DNA of 64,000 nt from Myxococcota bacterium (GTDB taxonomy: Bacteria > Myxococcota_A > Polyangia > Nannocystales > Nannocystaceae), in assembly GCA_039028615.1 (NCBI GenBank), contig JBCCHT010000042.1, forward strand, positions 32,001 to 96,000. The letters are read 5' to 3'. The notes under the pieces are model-generated. The model was not told the origin of the DNA. It did no database searches and saw nothing but the letters and a program-made list of their open reading frames with translations. The position numbers and the translations under genes were made by a program. Of this stretch, positions 18,914 through 28,839 are shown piece by piece. Positions within the stretch are counted from its first letter, which is position 1, and each line of letters opens with the position of its first letter.

Positions 18914-19957
18914 CTAGCTCGCGAGCAGGATGACGGTGACGGTGACGCCCACGCCGATCGCCACGCCCGCTCCCACCGCGACCATGATGGCGGTGCTGTT
19001 GCGGCCAGCGGACGGGGTATCGTCCTCGAGCGCGGGGCTGTCCAGGTTGTCGGGCTTGGACTCGATGAGCTCGACGTCCTGGTGGCGCGGCGGGATGCGG
19101 CCGTCCATGCGCCGAGAGATATGACCCAGGCCCTCGACCAGCTCGTCGAAGGTGGGGCGGATATCCGGGCGCCGGCTCATCATGCGGCGGCATAGATCGC
19201 TGAGTTCCTCGTCGAACCCTTGGATCTCCAGCTTGAGCTGGGGCCGCTCGGCCTTGAGGTGGCGTCGCACCACCGCGGTGTAGTGATCGTCTTGGCCGCC
19301 CTTGCGGAAGGGCGGGTGCCCGCTGCACATGTGGAACAGCGAGCAGCCCAGGGCGTAGACGTCGGCCCGGGCGTCGACCTCCTCGCCCATCGCCTGCTCG
19401 GGCGCCAGGTAGTCCGGCGTGCCCACGAACACGCCGGTCGCGGTGATCGAGAGGTCTTCTTGCAGCGCCTTGGCGAGCCCGAAGTCGGTGACCTTCACGA
19501 CGCCTTGGCTGGTGATGACCAAGTTCGAGGGCTTGACGTCGCGGTGGACCACGCCGGCCTCTTGCGCCTGCGCCAAGCCGATGGCCGACTGGCGGATCGC
19601 CTCGGCCGCGTCGCCGGGGAACAGGGGCCCGCGCTTTTTGATCGCGGCACCGAGGTCCTCGCCGTCGAGGAACTCCATCGCCAAGAAGGGGCGACGCTCG
19701 TGCTCGCCGATCGCGTAGATCTGGACGATGTTCGGGTGGTTCATCGCGGCCAGGGCTCGGCCCTCGCGGAGGAACCGCTCCTTGAATTCGCGCGACTCCC
19801 GATGGCGTGCACCTAGGATCTTGAGCGCCACGCGACGGCCCAAGCCCTTGTCGCGGCCCTCGTAGACCTCGCCCATCGCACCCTTGCCGAGGAGACCTAC
19901 GACATCGAAGTGCGCGATGGCTAACGGCGCGTCCGCCATGGGGCCGGACGTTAACAT
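18914..19957 (-). CDS. Ser/Thr protein kinase with C-terminal TM anchor
   Basis: GKGAMG, VALK, HRDVKPSN, DFGLAK, GTPDYLAPE; hydrophobic C-terminus; start may be 19939. Confidence 0.93.
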   Translation of the reverse strand: MLTSGPMADAPLAIAHFDVVGLLGKGAMGEVYEGRDKGLGRRVALKILGARHRESREFKERFLREGRALAAMNHPNIVQIYAIGEHERRPFLAMEFLDGEDLGAAIKKRGPLFPGDAAEAIRQSAIGLAQAQEAGVVHRDVKPSNLVITSQGVVKVTDFGLAKALQEDLSITATGVFVGTPDYLAPEQAMGEEVDARADVYALGCSLFHMCSGHPPFRKGGQDDHYTAVVRRHLKAERPQLKLEIQGFDEELSDLCRRMMSRRPDIRPTFDELVEGLGHISRRMDGRIPPRHQDVELIESKPDNLDSPALEDDTPSAGRNSTAIMVAVGAGVAIGVGVTVTVILLAS

Positions 19958-20050
19958 GGACGCCGGCGCGCCCGCTACGGACCCTACGGGTGAAATTTGC
20001 GTGTTTTGCGCGGCTGTGGGCGGAAACCGCAGCGCTTGCCGGGGTCGAGG

Positions 20051-21481
20051 TCAGCCCGGTGGGCCGCCGCCGCCTTCGATGGCCGGGTTTTCGAAGCGCG
20101 TATGCTCACCCCGGAAGATCAAATGCACTGTCCCGGTGGGGCCATTACGTTGCTTGCCGATGATCACCTCGGCATCCCGCTCGACCTTGGCCCGCTCCTG
20201 CTCGTCGGTGATGTACCGGGCCTCTCGGTAGATGAACATGATGACGTCCGCGTCCTGCTCGATGGCTCCGGACTCACGAAGGTCGGACAGCTGAGGGCGA
20301 TGGTCGGACCGACTGTCGACGCCACGGTTGAGCTGTGAAAGGGCCAGCACGGGCACTTCCAGCTCCTTGGCGATGGCCTTGAGGCCACGCGAGATCTCGC
20401 TGATCTCCTGCTCGCGCGAGTCGTAGCGGCCCTTGCCTCCGCGGCACAGCTGGAGATAGTCGACCACGATGAGGCCCAGAGGTGGGCGGGTGTCCTCCTC
20501 TTTCTTGGCCGGGAACAGGCTCTTGTCCTGCCGGAAGCGACGGGCGCGCGCCCGGATCTCGAGGATCGTGGGGGAACCGCTGTCGTCGATGAACAGCGGG
20601 GCCTTGTGCAGCCGGTCGGCGGCCTGGACCAGCTCGCGGAACTCCTGGTCGATCATGCGGCCCGATCGCAGGCGGCTGGCGTCGACCCGGGCCTCGCTGC
20701 ACAGGATACGTTCGATGAGCTGAGCCGCGCTCATCTCGATGCTGAACACCAAGGTCGGCGCGTGCTTGGGCCGCTCCTCCTCGGGCAGGTGCATGTGCTT
20801 GGCCTGGGTGATGCACGCGTTCTGGGCCAAGTTCAGGGCCAGCGCGGTTTTGCCCATCGAGGGGCGGGCGGCCAGGATGATGAGGTCGCCCGGCTGCATC
20901 CCGCCGGTCATCGTGTCGAGCTTGGTGAAGCCCGTCGGCACCCCGGTGATGGGGTTTTTGAGCTTGGCCCGCTCGGTGATGTTCTCGAAGACGCCATGGA
21001 TGAGGTCCTTGGCGGAGCGGTAGCCACCGACGCGGCCGGCCTGGTTGACCTCGAGCAGGCGTCGCTCGGCGCCGTCGATGAACTCGTTGACGTCCTCGAC
21101 CCCCTCGCGGCCCTCTTCGGCGATGTCCTGGGAGACCTGCACGAGGCGGCGGATCGACGCCGTCTGTCGCACGAGCTCGGCGTGGTGCGCCACGTGGTGG
21201 CTGCTCGCGTAGCGATCGGCCAGCTTGCCGAGCCCCTCGAGGCCGCCGACCAGGCCGAGCTCGTCGGTGGCGCGGAGCTGGTGCTCGAGCGTGATGGGGT
21301 CGATGGGCTGTCCGCGGTCGGACAGCTTGCTCATCGCCTTGAACACCGCCTGATGACTGGGGACGTAGAACGACTCCGAGTCGATCAGGGCGATGACGTC
21401 GTTGAGGGCCTCGTTGCGTAGCAGGATGCCCGCCAGGACGGCAGCTTCTGCTTCTTTGTTGTGCGGCAGCGGGGTGGCCAT
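20051..21481 (-). CDS. dnaB: replicative DNA helicase
   Basis: PHNKEAEAAVL, AARPSMGKT, VDYLQL, LSQLNR, DLRESGAIEQDAD, KQRNGPTG. Confidence 0.97.
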   Translation of the reverse strand: MATPLPHNKEAEAAVLAGILLRNEALNDVIALIDSESFYVPSHQAVFKAMSKLSDRGQPIDPITLEHQLRATDELGLVGGLEGLGKLADRYASSHHVAHHAELVRQTASIRRLVQVSQDIAEEGREGVEDVNEFIDGAERRLLEVNQAGRVGGYRSAKDLIHGVFENITERAKLKNPITGVPTGFTKLDTMTGGMQPGDLIILAARPSMGKTALALNLAQNACITQAKHMHLPEEERPKHAPTLVFSIEMSAAQLIERILCSEARVDASRLRSGRMIDQEFRELVQAADRLHKAPLFIDDSGSPTILEIRARARRFRQDKSLFPAKKEEDTRPPLGLIVVDYLQLCRGGKGRYDSREQEISEISRGLKAIAKELEVPVLALSQLNRGVDSRSDHRPQLSDLRESGAIEQDADVIMFIYREARYITDEQERAKVERDAEVIIGKQRNGPTGTVHLIFRGEHTRFENPAIEGGGGPPG

Positions 21482-21568
21482 GAAACCGAGCTGGCGATGA
21501 TAGATCGCTCGGCCTCGTGCGCGGAGCGCAAACCGTATACGGGAAGCCCCGGCCCGTGGAGCTGTCTT

Positions 21569-22684
21569 CTACGCGGCGTTGTCCAGCATGAAGCCGGCGA
21601 TCGCCGACCAGGTCGCCTCGAAGTCTCGGGAGTCGAAGGGCGCTCCGCTGGCGAGCATGTCGAGGCGGGGGCGCCCCGGAGCTCCGCCGTAGTACCCCAT
21701 GAGATCGAGGTGGTCGCCGTGCACCGCGGTGATCAGCGAGCCCCACACCTGCGAGCGGGTGGGCACGAAGCCGTCGTTGTCGCGGCGGCTGGGCACCGCC
21801 CCGAGCTCTCGCTCCAGGGTGCGGAGCTCATCGCCGCTGGGCATGGGCGAGCTGCGGCGAGAGGCCGCGCCCGCCAGGCGGTGGAGCAGCGCGTACAGGC
21901 CCGCGCTGGCCCGGGCGTAGCGGCTCGAACGAAACGAGACGAGCGAGCGCAGGCGAGGCGGCGGAGCCATGGTGGCGACCGAGCCGTAGCGCACGGTCGG
22001 ACGAGTCTGCAGCGTGGCGGTGAGGCGCGCCACGGCCCCGGGGGTGAGCTGCTCGAGCAACGAGCCGTCTTGGCCGATCTCCGACAACCACTCGACGATC
22101 GCCGGATCGAGCGCGGCCCCCTCGAGTGCATCGCAGAGCGGATCGCAGACGCTGGGATCGACGCCCGCGATCCGATCGAGGTGCAGCACCACCATGCCCG
22201 TCTCGATCAGCGTGCGGCGGGGCCCGCTGCCCGAGCGCAGCAGGCGGGTGAGCAAGCGAGAGATCAGGGTCATCCAGCGATGGCCCTGGACCCCGGTGAA
22301 CGCCACCGCCAGCGGGGCTCCGTGGTGCGGCGTGGACAGGCTCACCGCCGAGCGGACGCGGCGAGCCGCCGCCTCGACGTCGACCTCGGTGGGCAGCGAG
22401 ATGCCCGGGCTCAGCAGCAAGCGCGTATCCAGCCCGCCCGTGGAGTGACCCACGATGTGGATCGGCTCGTCGCCGGGCTGCTCGGCGATCGCCTCGGCCA
22501 GACGCGCGGCCCGGGTCTCCACCGCAGACGACGGCGGCGGGCTGACCACGTGCACCCGGAGCTGGATACCCGCGGCGGCAAAGGGCCCCCGCAGCACGGG
22601 CTCGACATCGGTGAAGTACGACAGGCGACCCAGTCGCTCGAAGCCGAGCAAGCCAGGGACGAGGATCACGAGAGCAGCGGGCAT
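21569..22684 (-). CDS. triacylglycerol lipase-like alpha/beta hydrolase
   Basis: LVPGLLGF, GHSTGGLD, STPHHG, NDGFVP..SQ, DHLD. Confidence 0.88.
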   Translation of the reverse strand: MPAALVILVPGLLGFERLGRLSYFTDVEPVLRGPFAAAGIQLRVHVVSPPPSSAVETRAARLAEAIAEQPGDEPIHIVGHSTGGLDTRLLLSPGISLPTEVDVEAAARRVRSAVSLSTPHHGAPLAVAFTGVQGHRWMTLISRLLTRLLRSGSGPRRTLIETGMVVLHLDRIAGVDPSVCDPLCDALEGAALDPAIVEWLSEIGQDGSLLEQLTPGAVARLTATLQTRPTVRYGSVATMAPPPRLRSLVSFRSSRYARASAGLYALLHRLAGAASRRSSPMPSGDELRTLERELGAVPSRRDNDGFVPTRSQVWGSLITAVHGDHLDLMGYYGGAPGRPRLDMLASGAPFDSRDFEATWSAIAGFMLDNAA

Positions 22685-22800
22685 TCGGTGCAGCCCTAGA
22701 GTCTAGCAGGCGGTCGAAGGGCACTCGCGAGCCGAGAGCACTGCTCTCGTCTCGAGATGCTTGAAGGCTTCCGACGACCGCTCGCCGCCTCGGCCGACGT

Positions 22801-23178
22801 CTAGTCGCCGTCGGTGGGTTTGGGCGAGCAGTCGCAGACCAGGACGCCGTTGACCATCACGCAGATGGGATCCTGGAAGCGGGGGCACTTGACCAGCAGA
22901 TCGGTGGGCCCGGCCGCCGGGTTCGCTCCCGCCGCTTCCGGCTCGTCGCAGTGGCACTCGACCGTCTCGCGCGTGTCGTCGACGTACTCACACACGAAGT
23001 CCTCGGCGCTGCACGAGGGAGGGATGGCGTAGCCCTCGATCAGGTCGACCTGATGGGACTCGCGGGCTTCGACACGAAACGACCCGTAGTCTTCGTCGGG
23101 CATTTCATCACAGGCGCCCCCCATCCCCAGCGACGCGACGACCGAAGCTACAGAAATTAATCTAGCACGCAGTCTCAT
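22801..23178 (-). CDS. small Cys-rich lipoprotein
   Basis: Signal peptide ending MGGAC; six further Cys; 3' part of the long ORF 22801..25362. Confidence 0.65.
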   Translation of the reverse strand: MRLRARLISVASVVASLGMGGACDEMPDEDYGSFRVEARESHQVDLIEGYAIPPSCSAEDFVCEYVDDTRETVECHCDEPEAAGANPAAGPTDLLVKCPRFQDPICVMVNGVLVCDCSPKPTDGD

Positions 23179-23256
23179 GGTCTGGAGTAGCCGTTCCCGA
23201 GGCGATCCTTGGACGACGAAATGTAACGAACGCTCGGATGCGGGAAACGGGGGGCC

Positions 23257-24147
23257 ATGCATGCTCGTCCTACCCTTGGCCTGCTCGCTCCCGCCGCGCT
23301 GGCGTTCGGTGCCGCCCTGTGTCTCGCGTGCGGTTCCGACGACATCGCCGGCTCCGGTCCGGGTGATGTCTCGAGCTCGGGCGCCGACTCGGACGACAGC
23401 GCGACCTCGGGAGGCCCGAGCGGCGGCATGACCTCGGGCGAAGACACCCCGGGCTCGGCCGGGAGCGGTTCGATGACCAGTGGAGCCGACGACGAGACGG
23501 GGACTCTGCCCACCGACACCGGGGCCGAGCGGGGCTGCGAGGTCATCGAGGCCTTGCCCGAGCCCGAGCGCTTCCACCTCATCGGCGACTCCGTGTTCGT
23601 ATCCAACGTGGACGAGTGCGCCGACGTCGGAGACTTCGTGGGCCGAACCTTCGGCGAGCGGGTCGAGGTGCAGGCCGTCGGTGGCACCGAGCTCGGCGGC
23701 GGCAAGGACGGGATCCCCGGCCAGTACATCCCCGGGGGCTGGGAGTGGGTCATCGTCGACGGAGGCGCCAACGACCTCGGCAATATCTGCGACTGCGATT
23801 GCTCCGCCGAGCAGCTCGACGCGCTCGCCTCGGCCGACGCCAGCGAGGGCCTGATGGTCGAGCTCGTCGACCAGATCGTCGGCGACGGTTCCCAGGTCGT
23901 GTTGCTCGGCTACTATGAAGCCATGCCGGACAGCGAGTTCGGTCCGTGCATCGACGAGCAGACCATCCTCAGCGATCGCTACGCGGCCATCGCCGACGCT
24001 CGCCCCGAAGTCGTCTTCGTCGACGGTCGCGAGCTCATGGATCCCGAGAGCACGCCCGTCGCGTACCAAGAAGACGGCGTGCACCCCTCGCCCACCGGCT
24101 CCGCGTTGCTCGCCGACGGTATCTCGCTCGCGATCCTGGGGCGGTAG
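23257..24147 (+). CDS. SGNH/GDSL hydrolase lipoprotein
   Basis: CLAC lipobox, S/G/D linker, IGDS, GGAND, DGVHPS. Confidence 0.9.
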   Translation: MHARPTLGLLAPAALAFGAALCLACGSDDIAGSGPGDVSSSGADSDDSATSGGPSGGMTSGEDTPGSAGSGSMTSGADDETGTLPTDTGAERGCEVIEALPEPERFHLIGDSVFVSNVDECADVGDFVGRTFGERVEVQAVGGTELGGGKDGIPGQYIPGGWEWVIVDGGANDLGNICDCDCSAEQLDALASADASEGLMVELVDQIVGDGSQVVLLGYYEAMPDSEFGPCIDEQTILSDRYAAIADARPEVVFVDGRELMDPESTPVAYQEDGVHPSPTGSALLADGISLAILGR

Positions 24148-24210
24148 TCCGCGCTCGGTCCGGTCGCACTCGCGCCGGGCACATGTCGTATCCTGGGGGC
24201 GGAAAGCGGC

Positions 24211-25620
24211 ATGCGTGGCTTCGTTCTCGTCTTCGTGCTCACCCCGATGGTCCCCGCGTGCAGCGGCAACCGGGTGGTCCCGACCGCGGCCGAAGACACC
24301 GATGCGACCGGCACCACGGCGGCCGACACCCCCCTCGCCGAGTCGAGCACCAGCGCAGCCGTCGACGAGACCGGGGCGTCCACGGGCGAGCCGGCCGAAG
24401 ACCCCCAGTCGCTGTTCTACCTGACCGAGTTCCCCCACGAGCTGCGAACGATCGCGATCGACGGGACCGACGATCGCCTCCTCGTCGCGCACGCCGACTA
24501 CATCACAGAGTCGCGCTTCATCGCCGCGGGCAACGGAGTCGTCTTGGCCCACGGTGAGCTGCCGGGCAGCTCCATCGACGAGACGCTCTACGCCAACGTC
24601 GACGGCTCCGTCACCGGCCTGTACCAGGGCTTCGTCCCCGAGCGAGTCTGGTTCGGTCCCGAGCCCGAGCGGATCTGGTACCCGGAGGGGTGGTACGTCA
24701 CCAGCCGGCTGCTGGGTGAATCGGGCGAGACCTTCCCGACCGGCGGCGGGACCCTGTGGATGATGTCTCGAACCCGGCGCTTCGTGGCCTCGACCCACTT
24801 CGACGGCGGCACCTGGATCGGCGACCTGACCGGAGAGATCGCCGCCATGCACCTGCCCCCCGCGTGGCTCCCCGGGTGCGGCGGCGAGACTCGCCCCACC
24901 CTGTGGTTCAACCGAGATCAGACCCGGGTGCTGCTGTTCCCCACGCCGAGCCACAACCTCGCCCGCTTGCCCCTCGACGACCCGGAGGCGGGGGTCTGGC
25001 TCCCCCTCGGCCCCGAGTTTCGCCCCCTCGGCTACGACGTGTGCGCCGATGGCCTGCTGGGTCGCACCGAGGACGGCGCGATCATTCGCATCGGAGACGA
25101 CGCCAGCGTGGCCGAGCTCGCCCCGCCCGGCCCCTCCTTCCCCGCCGAGTTTCCGTTCGAGTACGGCGTCACGCCCAGTGCACGTCGCGTCGTCGCTCTC
25201 ACCACCGACGGCTCGCGACAGCTCCACCTCGCCAACCTCTCCGCGCAGACCTGGACCACCGTCGAGCTCCCGCGCGGCTCCGGGACCCTCACCATCGTCA
25301 CCGTCGACGACGACTACGTGCTGCTCTCCGAGCACACCCGCGACGGCCAAGTCCTCGCCCATCGCCTGGATATCGACACGGGGGCGGTGGACTCGGCGGC
25401 GACCTGCGACGTGCTCGTCCCCGCCATGACCGAAGACGGCGCCCTGCTGCTGTGTGAAGAGGCCACCGAGGGGCTCACCCTCCTCGTCGAAAAGCCGGGT
25501 GAAGCCGCCTCCGTCCTCCTGGACGAGGTCGCCGATGCCAGGCTCATGCCCGCGCCCGCCCAGGTAGACGCGCGTTGCGTCGACACCGAGCCCGTCGACA
25601 CCCTGGTGGGCTGCTGGTAG
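24211..25620 (+). CDS. hypothetical lipoprotein (possibly beta-propeller)
   Basis: VPAC lipobox, T/A/D linker, beta-rich sequence, high GC3. Confidence 0.7.
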   Translation: MRGFVLVFVLTPMVPACSGNRVVPTAAEDTDATGTTAADTPLAESSTSAAVDETGASTGEPAEDPQSLFYLTEFPHELRTIAIDGTDDRLLVAHADYITESRFIAAGNGVVLAHGELPGSSIDETLYANVDGSVTGLYQGFVPERVWFGPEPERIWYPEGWYVTSRLLGESGETFPTGGGTLWMMSRTRRFVASTHFDGGTWIGDLTGEIAAMHLPPAWLPGCGGETRPTLWFNRDQTRVLLFPTPSHNLARLPLDDPEAGVWLPLGPEFRPLGYDVCADGLLGRTEDGAIIRIGDDASVAELAPPGPSFPAEFPFEYGVTPSARRVVALTTDGSRQLHLANLSAQTWTTVELPRGSGTLTIVTVDDDYVLLSEHTRDGQVLAHRLDIDTGAVDSAATCDVLVPAMTEDGALLLCEEATEGLTLLVEKPGEAASVLLDEVADARLMPAPAQVDARCVDTEPVDTLVGCW

Positions 25621-27174
25621 TCAGCGTGCGATCGCGTCCGCGATGCGAATGCCGTCGAGCGCCGCGCTCATGATCCCGCCCGCGTAGCCCGCTCCTTCAC
25701 CGCACGGGTAGAGCCCCGCCACCGACGGCGATTGCAGGCTCTCGCGATCTCGATCGGTGCGCACGGGCGCGCTGGTCCGGGACTCCACCCCCACCGCGAT
25801 CCCTTCCGCCGACACGAAGCCCGGCATGCGCTCCCCGATGCGTCGCAGCGCCTCGCGCAGCGGCAGCGCCAGCCCGCCCAGCAGCTCGTCGAGCCGAGCC
25901 GAGGCCAGCCCTCGCGGGTAGCTGCAGACCGGCAACGCCGACGAGCTCCGTCCCGCCACGAAGTCGTCGATCCGCTGCGCGGGCGCGACATAGTCCCCGC
26001 CCCCCGCCTCGTACGCCGCCGCCTCGATCCGTCGCTGCAGCTTCAACCCCGCGAACACGTCGCTCGGATCGAGGCCCGCCGCCTCGAGCTGCGTCGGTCC
26101 GACCTCCGTCACGAACCCCGAGTTCGCGTACTTGCCTCGCCGTGACGAAGGGCTCCAGCCGTTGACCACCTGTCCCCCGTGCTCCGTCGCGGCCGGCACG
26201 ATGAACCCTCCCGGGCACATGCAGAACGAAAACGCTCCCGCGCCTTCCGCCTGCTCCACCAGACGATAGGCCGCGGCTCCCAGCGCCGGGTGCCCCGCCA
26301 GCCCTCCGAACTGCAGCCCATCGATCAACGGCTGCGGATGCTCCACCCGGAACCCCACCGCAAACGGCTTCGCCGACAACGCCACCCCGGCCTCGTGCAG
26401 CCACTGCGTCACATCCCGGGCCGAGTGTCCCACCGCCAGCACCACCGCCCGCGCATCGATCGTCTCCTGCTCCAGCCGCACCCCGCACACGCGCCCGTCC
26501 TTCACCACCAGCCCATCGACGCGCCGCCCGAACGCAAACTCCACCCCCGCGCTTTCGAGATGCTCCCGCATCGCCCCCACCACGCCGGGCAGGCGATTGG
26601 TCCCGATATGCGGCCGCGCATCCACCAAGATCTGCGACGGCGCCCCGTACCCCACGAACGCATCCAGCACCCGCTGCATGTCCCCCCGCTTGTGCGATCG
26701 CGTGTACAGCTTCCCATCGCTGAACGTCCCCGCCCCTCCCTCACCAAAACAGTAGTTGCTCTCCGGATCGAGCTGCCCCTGCTTGCTCAGCGCCGCCAGA
26801 TCCCGCCGTCGTGGCCGAACCGGCTTCCCCCGCTCCAGCACCACCGACCGAATCCCATGCTGCGCCAACGCCCACGCACAAAACGTCCCCGCCGGCCCCG
26901 CCCCCACGATCACCACCCCGGGTTCCCCACTCAACGTCGGAAGATCCACCGGCCCCCGCTCACTCGAGCTCGGCTTCTCTTCCCCCCGCATCACCAACTC
27001 CACCTCCAGCTGCAGCTGCACCCGCCCCCGCCGAGCATCGATCGACTTCCGCCGAACAACCGCCGCCACAACCTCCTTCACCCCCACCTTCCCCCGCTTC
27101 GCCGCCGCCCGACGCAGCCCCTCCTCATCAAAAAGAAGATCTGGATGAACCCGCAACTGAACCCGACGTCCCAC
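25621..27174 (-). CDS. NAD(P)/FAD-dependent oxidoreductase
   Basis: IVGAGPAG, FGEGGAGTFSDGKL, PHIGTN, SFCMCPGG, GEGAGYAGGIMSAALDG. Confidence 0.92.
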   Translation of the reverse strand: MGRRVQLRVHPDLLFDEEGLRRAAAKRGKVGVKEVVAAVVRRKSIDARRGRVQLQLEVELVMRGEEKPSSSERGPVDLPTLSGEPGVVIVGAGPAGTFCAWALAQHGIRSVVLERGKPVRPRRRDLAALSKQGQLDPESNYCFGEGGAGTFSDGKLYTRSHKRGDMQRVLDAFVGYGAPSQILVDARPHIGTNRLPGVVGAMREHLESAGVEFAFGRRVDGLVVKDGRVCGVRLEQETIDARAVVLAVGHSARDVTQWLHEAGVALSAKPFAVGFRVEHPQPLIDGLQFGGLAGHPALGAAAYRLVEQAEGAGAFSFCMCPGGFIVPAATEHGGQVVNGWSPSSRRGKYANSGFVTEVGPTQLEAAGLDPSDVFAGLKLQRRIEAAAYEAGGGDYVAPAQRIDDFVAGRSSSALPVCSYPRGLASARLDELLGGLALPLREALRRIGERMPGFVSAEGIAVGVESRTSAPVRTDRDRESLQSPSVAGLYPCGEGAGYAGGIMSAALDGIRIADAIAR

Positions 27175-27316
27175 GACTTCCCCCCGTCATCTCATGAACC
27201 CGCCCCCCGGTCCATCCACCCACCACCCCCGAAGGGAACAACACCCACCCTGCTCCAAACAAGTACCCCACGGCAAAACCCACCCCATCCCCGAGCAGCA
27301 ACCAACCGACCCCTTC

Positions 27317-27644
27317 GTTCGAACATTTCCACCCACTCCAAGCACTCCCGCCCCTCACCCAAGCACCCCACCGAACCTCCAAGCAAGCCACCCCCCACCC
27401 AAGCAGAACCCACCCCACCGCCCGAACGGAAGCCGCCGTACGGGGAGGGCCAAAGCGAAGCCGCGTAGGATGGAGGGGGCCCGGTCGCGCGGAGGCGGCC
27501 GCCGACGACCGTCGAGAAACACCCGGGTATCATGGCCGCCGAGCACGTCCGGGAAGGGTTCCAGCCGTCAACAGGCGAGCCCCTGGTTCGAACACATCAC
27601 TCCCACTCCAAGCACTCCCGCCCCTCACCCAAGCACCCCACCGA
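27317..27644 (+). repeat. ~58-bp C/A-rich direct repeat (27317-27374 and 27586-27644) flanking repeat copy A
   Basis: GTTCGAACA-N-CCCACTCCAAGCACTCCCGCCCCTCACCCAAGCACCCCACCGA present twice. Confidence 0.85.
27442..27581 (+). repeat. dispersed structured intergenic repeat, copy A (REP/MITE-like)
   Basis: GCGAAGCCGCGTAGGATGGAGGGGGCCCGGTCGCGCGGAGGCGGCCGCCGA...GGCCGCCGAGCACGTCCGGG.AGGGTTCCAGCCGTCAACAGGCGAGCC shared with three other sites. Confidence 0.9.
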
Positions 27645-27711
27645 GCTCTCCGTTCGAACACTCCCCAACCCCCCTTCGCGCAACCAGAAATCCCCCCACC
27701 GCGAGCAAACT

Positions 27712-28839
27712 TCAAGACCCCGAAGAAGGCCCAGACGCCACCAACAACCCCGCCGCCACCGCCTTGCTCCGCATCGCATGCAACATCCGTCCCCGGTCCG
27801 CCGTATCCCGCCTCCACTTCCTCCCAAGCTTCGCCCGCACATCCGGGTTCAACCCCAACCTCCGAGCCCGCTTCCGAAAGTTCGCATTCGGCCCCACCGT
27901 CGCACAGTGCCCCCGCGAGAACCGACGATTCACCGTCGCATACGAATCCCCAAACCCTTGCGCCTCACACTCCCGCTGCGCCGTCCGAGCGGCCCAAACC
28001 GCGGTGATGATCGCCACCAACCCGTTGTCATCACAAAACACCCAAGGCGGCGCACTCGAATCCCAAACCGGCACAAAGTACGCCGGATTAAACCCAAAGG
28101 GCCCGTATCCAAATGCCCACGCCGGCTCCGACCCCGGCGAGACCGAGCCGTCCGTCGCCGTCACCTCGAACTCGATGATGTCGTCGAGATACGGGTTGTC
28201 GCGAAAGGTCTGCACCTGATGCAGCCGCGCCTTCGCCTTCCAGTACTCGCTGTCCTGCTTGCTCAACTTGGCCATGTGGGCCTGCAGCTCCGCCTCTTCG
28301 GTCGGCGAGTAGTGCAGGCGTCTCCATGCCGCGGTCGCGGCCTCGATGTCGGGATTGAGCACGTGCATGGCGTGCGGCCGATAGGTCGACTCCCGCATCG
28401 CCCACGCTCGAATCAGCCGCGGCTCGGCCCCCATCTCCTTGGCGACCAAGGTCACCAATTGAGAGAAGCGCTTCTCGTCGGCCTTGGTCCACGGACGACG
28501 GACTCGCTTGTAGCGACGACGACCCTCGTCATCGATCTTCACCCGCACGCGCTCGCACTGGTTGGGCGCACGACCCTTCAGGGTGGCTCCCTTGGCGGAG
28601 GCCAGCACGGGGGTGGGAGCCTCGGCGGCAGACGGAGCGCCCGCCTCGGTACCTTCGTCGGCATCGGCGGCCGCAACCACGGGCTGCGTTCGGGTCTCGG
28701 TGGCCGGATCTCCGGGGCTCGACGGAGCATCGACGTGCTCGACCTCGGCCTCCACGTGAACGACCTCGTACTCGGGCTCGCCCCCGGGGCCACACGATAC
28801 GACAGCGAAGATGCAGCCAAGCACGATAGCTCTGCCCAT
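27712..28839 (-). CDS. hypothetical lipoprotein with possible lytic transglycosylase-like domain
   Basis: VVSC lipobox; WAMRESTYRPHA resembles the SLT E-S motif. Confidence 0.65.
   Translation of the reverse strand: MGRAIVLGCIFAVVSCGPGGEPEYEVVHVEAEVEHVDAPSSPGDPATETRTQPVVAAADADEGTEAGAPSAAEAPTPVLASAKGATLKGRAPNQCERVRVKIDDEGRRRYKRVRRPWTKADEKRFSQLVTLVAKEMGAEPRLIRAWAMRESTYRPHAMHVLNPDIEAATAAWRRLHYSPTEEAELQAHMAKLSKQDSEYWKAKARLHQVQTFRDNPYLDDIIEFEVTATDGSVSPGSEPAWAFGYGPFGFNPAYFVPVWDSSAPPWVFCDDNGLVAIITAVWAARTAQRECEAQGFGDSYATVNRRFSRGHCATVGPNANFRKRARRLGLNPDVRAKLGRKWRRDTADRGRMLHAMRSKAVAAGLLVASGPSSGS

Noticed and set aside
20051..21481. Intein in dnaB
   Set aside because: Normal length; insertions are short and lack C/S...HN splice motifs
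27317..27660. CRISPR-like array
   Set aside because: Only two long direct repeats with irregular spacing and no cas genes
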